A DNA stretch of 64,000 nucleotides from NCBI GenBank assembly GCA_051546255.1, contig CP128817.1, positions 1,488,001-1,552,000 of the forward strand, read 5' to 3'. A program made the translations under genes and the position numbers. The stretch is from Meyerozyma guilliermondii (lineage: Eukaryota). This document shows, in pieces, positions 29,936-37,763 of the stretch (positions are counted from its first letter, which is position 1; each line of letters begins with the position of its first letter). Under the pieces are notes generated by a model that was not told the DNA's origin, did no database searches, and saw only the letters and a program-made list of their open reading frames with translations.

Positions 29936-30586
29936 ATGTTATCCCGGGTTGGAATCAGAGGAGGTAAGTTTCATGCCCAGTGTATACGTAAGGTGGAGTA
30001 TGACCGGTAGTACCGTCGGTACTGCCCTCGGTAATACCCTCGTTAAAATCCCCGTTTATACCCCGTATATACCCTCGTATGTACCCCCGTCATCACTAAC
30101 TCAGTATCCTTGTTTGCACGTACGGCACCTCGTGTCGGTGCTATTCGTAGTATTGCCACCGTCAAAAGCACTTCCGAGTCGGAAATCGAAATCTTAAATG
30201 CTCAAAGATCAAACAGACCGGTATCACCCCATTTGACCATTTACCAACCGCAATTAACAATGCTTCTTTCCGGTTTACACAGAATTACGGGGGTTGCCAT
30301 GGCCGGAGGTTTTTATGCATTGACTGTTGCATTTGCCGCCACTTCCATTCTTAGCATTCCTTTCGACGGCGCAACATTGGTTTCTGCATTTGCTGGATTG
30401 CCTATTTATGCTAAAATTGGTGCAAAAGCGGCAGCTGCTTTCCCATTTGCATTCCACTTTGCCAATGGTATCAGACACTTGATTTGGGATTTTGGTAAAG
30501 AATTGACCATCAAGGGTGTTTACAGAACCGGATATACCGTTTTGACTATATCTGCTATTGCAGGGACTTATCTTACATTTTTTTAA
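29936..30586 (+). CDS. SDH3: Succinate dehydrogenase cytochrome b large subunit; spliced (exon 1 29936-29963, exon 2 30105-30586)
   Basis: QRSNRPVSPHLTIYQPQ, LHRITG, FHFANGIRHLIWD. Exon 1 MLSRVGIRG supplies the ATG missing from the TTG-start ORF. Confidence 0.93.
29964..30104 (+). other. Spliceosomal intron in SDH3 (141 nt)
   Basis: GTAAGT donor at 29964, CACTAAC at 30094-30100, CAG at 30102-30104. The phase-1 junction restores the frame. Confidence 0.88.
30003..30090 (+). repeat. Degenerate 11-12 bp tandem repeat inside the SDH3 intron
   Basis: ccggtagta/ccgtcggtactg/ccctcggtaata/ccctcgttaaaat/ccccgtttata/ccccgtatata/ccctcgtatgta/cccccgt. Confidence 0.7.
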
Positions 30587-30612
30587 GTCGGAAATAAATA
30601 TTTATCGTTAAA

Positions 30613-31626
30613 TCATTTTACTGGTCCATCGACGTCGAGACAGAAACATGGATTATTGTCACATCTCGGACATCGTGGAGTAATTTCATCCAGCAATAGT
30701 GCTGGACTTGTAGGCTGTAACGGCGGGGTTGGCTTGGGTAAAATTGGTTGTCGTTTTCTATCGTCTTTTTTCCACTTTTCTCGTAGTTCCAAGTACTGTT
30801 TAAGTTGACTATTCAAGTCCAGTCCCATGAATTTTTTGGTGACAGAGTGGATAATATTGGAAGATTTGGTAAGATATGCAAGAAATTTTTCAAGATCATT
30901 GATATTGTTAATTTTTTCCAATTGTTCTGGTGGAGGTTTGGTTTCTCCAGACCGGGAATTGGTCCGCAAATCGGCGTTCAATGCATCGAAAGTGATCACT
31001 CCATTCTGAACAAAATTGAGCTCTTTTATCTGCTTGGTGATGACTTCCATATAATTTAGTATGAGTTGCTGCTCCTTCAACTTGGCAAGGTACTCTAGTT
31101 TGAGTTTATTCACCTCTTCTGAATCGGTGCATTCGGCGACCACAGGCCGTGGCCGTACAGGCTGGAGTTTTTGTCCGGTTCCTGAGGCAGCTGTAGTGTT
31201 CTGTCGAGGCGTAGAGGGGGTTATTTGTCTGGAGTTTATTGGACGCTGTTGATTCGTTATCGACGTGTTTTGGCACACCGGCGACGCCTGACTCGAAGGT
31301 GCACCACCTTGGGTCTTTTTTCTCTTGGGGCATTCCTCCGTAGGCTTTCTTCCGGGCCGAGGACGTGGGGGAAGAACCCATTTTTTGGAAGTATTAATAT
31401 TAAGAGAAATGTCATTTTTCAACGACGTTGTCCGCGAGTTGGGGTCAAAAGTGGAGATTGGTTGATTTGAGGGTTTTGGGAGCACTGCTATAGGCACCGG
31501 TTTTGGTTTTATGGCGAGGGCAGGCTGGATTTTGGGATACTTTTCTTGTCTTTTTTGGTCATTATTTGCAGCAGGAGCTATTGGTATTGAGCCGGATATG
31601 GATGAAGACGGCGTCTTGGGTGACAT
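30613..31626 (-). CDS. Hap4-like (Hap4L-domain) regulator of the CCAAT-binding complex, HAP41-type
   Basis: TSKKWVLPPRPRPGRKP is the Hap4L/HapX CBC-binding motif. Central coiled coil without a bZIP basic region. C-terminal CPRCDNNPCFC. Confidence 0.8.
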   Translation of the reverse strand: MSPKTPSSSISGSIPIAPAANNDQKRQEKYPKIQPALAIKPKPVPIAVLPKPSNQPISTFDPNSRTTSLKNDISLNINTSKKWVLPPRPRPGRKPTEECPKRKKTQGGAPSSQASPVCQNTSITNQQRPINSRQITPSTPRQNTTAASGTGQKLQPVRPRPVVAECTDSEEVNKLKLEYLAKLKEQQLILNYMEVITKQIKELNFVQNGVITFDALNADLRTNSRSGETKPPPEQLEKINNINDLEKFLAYLTKSSNIIHSVTKKFMGLDLNSQLKQYLELREKWKKDDRKRQPILPKPTPPLQPTSPALLLDEITPRCPRCDNNPCFCLDVDGPVK

Positions 31627-32013
31627 GGTTCATCTGTGGAATAAGTGAGTGCCAAAATGGCTTGAAATCGAAGGACCCAAAAGAATGAATCTAGACGATT
31701 TGGTGAGATTTTCTAAAGCTGATATTGCAGCTGGTAGACAGAAACGTACCAGCTATGTCAGAGCGTGCTTCTTGCTTGAGAAACAAGAAAAGAAAAATTT
31801 GCCGTTGCTTCGGGCTAATAATGTTTGAGATCCGAGACACTCAGGAGCTTAAAGTGCGGGTGCATCCGGGGTTAGGACGGATGTGCTGGTGCACCGGTGC
31901 GCAGACCCGCGAACGATCCGGAACTGCGAAGATTGATGATTCCGGGCTGGTGTTTGGGCGGGCGCGCCTGACTGTTTACAACTAAAACTGCAGCGACCCC
32001 ACCGGTATTTATA

Positions 32014-32241
32014 ATGACGCAGGCCAGCTCGCCATCTGCAGCAGGTCATTCATCGCTCAAGCAGCGGCATTTAAGTCATCTCAATTCGCAACTTGCGCAG
32101 CTCCACGCGAATTTATCGGATTTTACCGATCTTATAAATACCACCTGTGTTCAGTATAAACTGATTCAGAGATTGGGGGTGATGCATGGGTCGTTATTTA
32201 TGGCCAGCCATACTGTTTTTGAGAATGACCAGGCAGAATAA
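32014..32241 (+). CDS. HSK3: DASH/Dam1 complex subunit Hsk3
   Basis: KQRHLSHLNSQLAQLHANLSDF...QRLGVMHGSLFMAS, 75 aa. Confidence 0.85.
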   Translation: MTQASSPSAAGHSSLKQRHLSHLNSQLAQLHANLSDFTDLINTTCVQYKLIQRLGVMHGSLFMASHTVFENDQAE

Positions 32242-32580
32242 GAAATAGATAATGGAAATATAATGAGAATATAATGAGAAATTTAATGGTGAAAAGTATA
32301 AAGTTAGTATAGATGAGAGACAAAATAAGTGATAAAGTTGAATTGATTGATGAAGTTGAACTGAGTGATCTTGAGTTGGAAAGTAAAACGATTTCGTGGC
32401 AGAAGAAACAAAGTGATAGAATGGAAAAAATAGAGATGACAACAGTGTAAAGAAGAATGACCAGAAGAATAAGAGGACGCGTTAAACACAATGAAGTCGC
32501 TGAATCGCAATGAAACCCAGTGAAAGAGACTACGTGGCTACGGACTACGTGATTCTCATATTCCCGTTGTCTATTTACAT

Positions 32581-32919
32581 CTAGTTTGCCTGGCTTTCTT
32601 TCCACTGACGCTGGCGTTCCATCTTTTCCTTGATCAAAATATCTCGTTCAATATCCAAATACTTCTTTTGCTGGTACTTTTCAACACATCCCATGGACGC
32701 CTGGTTGGCCTTTTCACATTTGGACATCGCTTCAAACGGACTTTGATAGCTATTCGAGCAGTCTATATAAGCACGGATCAAATCGTCGCACTTTGCAAAA
32801 GCCTTCTTTCTCCATTTTTCAAAAATTGCCTTCTCTTCCTTGGGGGTAAGGATCCACGCAGGGAGGTACGGGTTGGTGGGCAAGTCCACCTCGTCCATGG
32901 TTTTCTTCGGTGGAGCCAT
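32581..32919 (-). CDS. CMC1: Twin CX9C cytochrome c oxidase assembly protein
   Basis: LPAWILTPKEE, CDDLIRAYIDC and CEKANQASMGC (two CX9C motifs), KYLDIERD. Confidence 0.85.
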   Translation of the reverse strand: MAPPKKTMDEVDLPTNPYLPAWILTPKEEKAIFEKWRKKAFAKCDDLIRAYIDCSNSYQSPFEAMSKCEKANQASMGCVEKYQQKKYLDIERDILIKEKMERQRQWKESQAN

Positions 32920-33060
32920 GATGAGCTAGTGGTGCGAATTCGATGATTTGGTGGTGCGAATTAGTGCGATGGTAGGGTGCGAATATGGTGGACTGGTGGA
33001 CGGGTGCATTGCGAACTGTTTTGCCTGCAGACTGATCTTGTTTATCTTGTTTATCTTGGT

Positions 33061-33708
33061 ATGTTTGACGAAAGTCCGGGAAAGTTGGTCCAGGAGTCCA
33101 TCGAAGGATTTGAGATCGAGGGAGATCTCTACTCGATAAACCGTATAGAAAGATCTATTGCGGAAACAAAATTACTTCGAACAGGAGCCATTGAAACCCA
33201 CGAAAATCGCATAAAACAACTCGAACATCAACATGAAACGCTACTCAATGAGGTTAGGTTGCTCACCAAAGTATCGGGAATCAACCGAGATACGTTGAAC
33301 CTGTTGGGAACAGAAAAGTTGCCGGAAATTTCCGAAGACAATATTTTTGCTGCTATGAATCGGAAATCGTATGAACTCGATAAATTGAAATTGACGTTTG
33401 CAAAAACACTCAATGATCTCGAGAGCCAGTTGAATTCGATGCGAATACAGAAAAGTAGCTTGGACCATTCTCATACCAAATTGTTGCAGGAAATGGATGA
33501 TATTGTCAGTGAGAACGTGATGAATAATCCTGATTCCAGAGTCATGAAGATCAATATCTACAAGAGCCTCGGAGTGTCAATCGAACAGAGCGGAGCAGGA
33601 GACAAGATTTTCCTTTATAACAAGGAAACTGATGTTTCTAGTGTGCTTGATGTATCGGACAAGTACAGTGATTACTTTATCACGAACCACATATGGGACC
33701 GGTTGTGA
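33061..33708 (+). CDS. SPC24: NDC80 kinetochore complex subunit Spc24
   Basis: Coiled coil plus C-terminal RWD-like head MKINIYKSLGV...DKYSDYFITNHIWDRL. First ATG at 33061. Confidence 0.88.
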   Translation: MFDESPGKLVQESIEGFEIEGDLYSINRIERSIAETKLLRTGAIETHENRIKQLEHQHETLLNEVRLLTKVSGINRDTLNLLGTEKLPEISEDNIFAAMNRKSYELDKLKLTFAKTLNDLESQLNSMRIQKSSLDHSHTKLLQEMDDIVSENVMNNPDSRVMKINIYKSLGVSIEQSGAGDKIFLYNKETDVSSVLDVSDKYSDYFITNHIWDRL

Positions 33709-33770
33709 CACAGCAGCAGCGTAGCTGGTGCTGTCTACTCCATCTCAAAGATACTTTCTTTCTATGTACA

Positions 33771-34112
33771 CTAAAAATATTTGGGGTTTTCCCGAAATGA
33801 CAACTTGGTCCATTTGGGAACACGATGCACCGATTTTCTATAATCTTTGGCCTTTTTGTCAAACGTGGTATACTTGTCGCGAGGCAGCATCTCGTGCTCT
33901 TTGGGAAAGTTGAATTTCAAATGGTCTATTTTGTCAAAACCGGTGGTTTCTTGGTCGGGCAATTTTAAGGATTGGTACAAAACCTCGATGTTTTGATCCA
34001 CAAGCTTCATTCTGCGGCGGAGCCTATTTTTCTGTGGCGCCGACATGCGGGGAGCGACTTTCCAAAGGTAACCGCCGCTAAGAGTGGCCGAAGGACGAAA
34101 GGCACCAAACAT
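33771..34112 (-). CDS. MRPL31: Mitochondrial large ribosomal subunit protein mL60
   Basis: MFGAFRPS..LSGGYLWKV..RMS.PQK.RLR, EM.PRDKYTTF...RKSVHRVPKWTKLSFRENP. ATG at 34112. Confidence 0.92.
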   Translation of the reverse strand: MFGAFRPSATLSGGYLWKVAPRMSAPQKNRLRRRMKLVDQNIEVLYQSLKLPDQETTGFDKIDHLKFNFPKEHEMLPRDKYTTFDKKAKDYRKSVHRVPKWTKLSFRENPKYF

Positions 34113-34434
34113 GATTTTCACTTGTCGAAATGCGATGTGAACAATATCGTGGTGTCTGGGTGCAAAACCAGTCGAGGTGCGAAAGTCAGTAGAGGATGCC
34201 AGTACGGGTCAACTGAATTGGTGTAGGTCAATTTCGGTTCAGTTATGTCTAGAATTCAGTTATATCCATTATAGTTTTCGTAACTAAAATTCAGCTTTCA
34301 GCTGAAACTCATTTTTTTTTTTCAGTTCACTTCGGCCACAATTTGCTCATATGCAAGCCATAAATGCCTCATGAGCATTTACCTTTAAGGCGCCACGGCG
34401 ACGCAAACATACTGCTGAAAAGTTTCCATTTCGA

Positions 34435-34632
34435 GGCTTGGTCGGAATTCAACGAATTTCGGTCTCACTCAAAATCTTATTTCTGGCTTGGTTTGCACCC
34501 AATTGGGAAGTTGCTGCAAATAAGATTTGCGACCGAAAATCCCGAATTACCGCATAGCAATCAAGACTACGCAGATGCAATGTCGAATTAGCCAAATACG
34601 ACAATCGGCTGCCGCTTGCGACTGCCACATGC
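34435..34632 (+). ncRNA. Box H/ACA snoRNA, predicted guide for 18S rRNA pseudouridine at yeast-numbered U1181 (snR85-equivalent)
   Basis: Long 5' hairpin (TTTCGGTC 34457/GACCGAAA 34531; AAATCTTATTT 34472/AAATAAGATTT 34518). H box AGACTA at 34564-34569. 3' hairpin: lower stem GCAGaTGCAA/TTGCGaCTGC, upper stem AGCC/GGCT, pocket strands GTCGAATT (34582-34589) and GCCGC (34611-34615), ACA at 34627-34629 16 nt below the upper stem. Pocket pairs with 18S GCGGC-UU-AAUUUGAC. 5' end approximate. Confidence 0.72.
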
Positions 34633-34833
34633 ATTCGCATAGGTACATTCGTATCGCTCATTAGTATCTGTATCCGCTCATTAGTGATGTTGTTTATCTA
34701 CATTGAATGTGTTAGTTGTCTACATCAATTTCGTGTGTCTACATTAGTTATCTTCGTGTATGTTGTATGCTAATCTGTGCAACCTTTTTATAACCCAAAA
34801 TCAAATTCCCATAAATCGTAAAAATGCAAATCA

Positions 34834-35223
34834 CTATAAACAAGCCGTCAACCACTTGCGGTAGTTGTGCGACGTCAGTGGAAAATGTTCGGTTAAATCC
34901 GAACTTCGACTCTCGGTGTAATTCAAGTCAATTGCGTTATAATCAAGGTCAAAAGTTGCCGCATCTTCCTGGCCCAAAAATAACGGCGATGTAGAGTAAT
35001 TAGTGCTGGCTTGAACCGCCGGCGCTAAAAGTGGGGAAACGAGGTCTTGGGCCACCTCACCCGACCCCGCATATGTGGAGGGAGCCGATCCTGCACCCTG
35101 TCGAATATTCACCGACTGGGTTTCATCGTGCTGTTTGCACTCATTAGAGCAGTAAATTGCTGAAGGAGACTCGCACACCTTGTCACAGGCTATACAATAG
35201 TTGTCAAACGCCAAATCACTCAT
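34834..35223 (-). CDS. ECL1: Ecl1-family zinc-binding lifespan regulator
   Basis: AFDNYCIACDKVC...IYCSNECKQHD (CxxC...YCSxxC) and C-terminal SHNYRKWL. ATG at 35223. Confidence 0.85.
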   Translation of the reverse strand: MSDLAFDNYCIACDKVCESPSAIYCSNECKQHDETQSVNIRQGAGSAPSTYAGSGEVAQDLVSPLLAPAVQASTNYSTSPLFLGQEDAATFDLDYNAIDLNYTESRSSDLTEHFPLTSHNYRKWLTACL

Positions 35224-36460
35224 CAGAATTTTTTTTTGGAGATGAAGATATTTCGATGCCAACTAGATGCTATGGCTGCGATAGTAGCAATGCTTTTCTA
35301 ATGCTTATAGGAACCAAATAAATGGCTTTTTCAGTGTGTGTTCAACTTTGAGAAAATTTATTGTGTTTTGCGGCCATGGCATATTTATATATGAATTATG
35401 TGGATGGAGCCACATTTTTTTTTTTATTTTTTGCTTGGAATAGTTGAAATGCGGGCTCGCGCGTCATCGACCGATGCCCTCGTTGCCACCCTCGGAAGTC
35501 GCAAATTTTATTAGTGGTCAGGTCACGTGCCAGCTCCGCCGAATGTCCGGAGCGGGGACCTCGTGGGTGAACGTGGAGACTCGAAATGGGCAATTGGGCG
35601 CGGAATATAGGAGGTGGGGATCATTGTTGGTAAAGGTAAACAGGTCGGGATCACAATGCGTCCGAGGGGAAGGTTGGGCCGGTTGACCATTACCGAGGAT
35701 TAGGGGGGTTAATCGGTGTTGGTACCTCGGTGGTACTCAACAAACCTGAGACAAGGTTTGGTGGCCCACGAGATCCGAGGGTCCGTAAAAGTTTTTTCTT
35801 TGGTGCGAAAATTCGAATTCCGGTTTCCACAGGGTTCGGTCTCCGCAGTCGGAATTCAATTCTAGAAGATTTGTGGGCCAAACATCCAAACACCACATTG
35901 GCCTAGACCGTGGTGACGTGTGTGGCAATGCAACGTGCTGTGAAACTGCTGCGGCAGTCGAAGTCGGTAGAAACCAATTCATGTAAGAGGATGTAGGGAG
36001 GTGCCGCATTGGTGCATCAAGTCGACATGGCCTACAGCCACATGTTGTTGGGAAATCGGATCGGCACACAATAATGCATTGGCATCACTCAGGCGGCAGA
36101 TTTTAACAATCTGGTGCAGCAACCTACAGTCACGTGTGTTGACCAATGAGGTCATCAATAGGCTAAAAATTTTCGTTGCGCGATCCCATTAACAAAAACG
36201 GTAATTGCTATTTTTGGGCGTGGGGGGACATGTGGTTACATATTGTGGGTGTACGGATGAATCCACCCATGTGGTGGGTGTTGGGGCCATGTGGTGGTAC
36301 AGGTGTACAGGTGTACGTACAACGGTATAAGCCATGTGGTCAAATGCATAATCTAAACATGACAGGAAACGTGTAGAGAGTCACTCCTCTTATTATCCTC
36401 TTATAGTTGTCATCAAAACGAATATCATGAATTGCATTATCCTTATTTTCTTAGTTCTAT

Positions 36461-36919
36461 TTACGCCGTTTTGAGCTTGTACGTCTTTTCCCGTAATCGA
36501 TCAATCTCCTCAATAACATTGCTGTTTGTACTCTCCATCATTACCATTGTCGCCATATTAATTACTGGAAGTAAAATCCATAGAGATTGCGCACCCATAC
36601 ACCAGGCCAAGTAAACGAACAAAAAACATCCGGCAAAATTGGCCGCGTAATATGACGACCGCCACCGCGGAAATATCGCGTTAGTTAGAAATGCCGTTAA
36701 TAAAACTGATAGTAACGTGAGTAACCTTAAATATGGATTTTTTGCTACAAAGCTGAGAATCGGGACTTCAATAGCCAACAAAATCGTAAAATATCGGCGA
36801 AATTTGAAGTAAGATTCACTGGTTTGCTTTGTAAATTGCTCTACTAAATATTGTTGGTCATCATGATCGATGGGTCCACCCGAAAGCTCAGTAATAATCG
36901 AATCTACTCGACGTCTCAT
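36461..36919 (-). CDS. Uncharacterised small multi-pass membrane protein (152 aa)
   Basis: ATG start, about four hydrophobic segments, N-terminal IDHDDQQYLVEQF and C-terminal EIDRLREKTYKLKTA. Confidence 0.7.
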   Translation of the reverse strand: MRRRVDSIITELSGGPIDHDDQQYLVEQFTKQTSESYFKFRRYFTILLAIEVPILSFVAKNPYLRLLTLLSVLLTAFLTNAIFPRWRSSYYAANFAGCFLFVYLAWCMGAQSLWILLPVINMATMVMMESTNSNVIEEIDRLREKTYKLKTA

Positions 36920-37763
36920 TTAGCCGGATAAGTTGAAGTAAAATGGTTGAATATCCGTTACATAAGCAGATCACAAAGGATTCGCACCAATGCAGGTACA
37001 AATGTAGTTGTCCAACTGCCCAATGTGGTGAATATTTCGGTGGCATTCTCAAACTTTTGGCGCGGTACTGCACACAAGCACCCCTCGACCAAAACGCGCA
37101 TTCCAATGCCAAACGGCTGAGTCTAGATCGGTGACGTGTACCTCAAACATGATTCCGCACACCTGATGTATCAGGATGGTCCCACCGGCCGCAGCAACAG
37201 GCCTCGAGCCGGGACTTCAACCGGAAATGAATCGGTCGCAGCTACCTCTCAAGCGCTCTTTCGTTGGATTTCCTCCCGAAAAGGAACCCATTTCCGTCCA
37301 TTCCTGTATCCCGTCTCCTTTGTATTTTACGCCGTCTACCGCATTGTTTATGCACACCCAGTGTTCATAGTACAACTTGAGGCGGGTGTGCGCGCACCGC
37401 ATTCGCGGCGTCTAAGTTTTTTTTTTAAATACTTGAACCCCCTTTGTTTTGACATCCTCAACCAATAATCAGGGCATTTAGTTCGATCTGGGTCTTCGTT
37501 TTCCTATTTCTGTCGGGATCACTAAATAATAAGTTGTCAGGAGTACTTATAAAACTGTAATCTTACTGTTTTTTTCTCCGACTATACTTGTCTCCCATTC
37601 ATTCGTTTTTACCTTTTATTTGATACCCAACAAGTTTGAAAACCTTCAGACTTGCTCCTGATACTGAATGTTGATTTTCTAGTTGACTGGCTCACGTTCC
37701 TCCACTTTTATTGATTTTTCCTCGATTATTTGATTACACTCCAACTACTGTCTTTCTTTTACC

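Noticed and set aside
34377..34389. ATTTACCTTTAAG, resembling the U1 snRNA 5' end
   Set aside because: Lacks the invariant ACTTACCT, with no U1-70K loop or Sm site downstream.
35396..36376. Several 60-110 aa ORFs upstream of ECL1
   Set aside because: No recognisable motifs, many non-ATG starts, and they overlap TF-site-rich promoter sequence.
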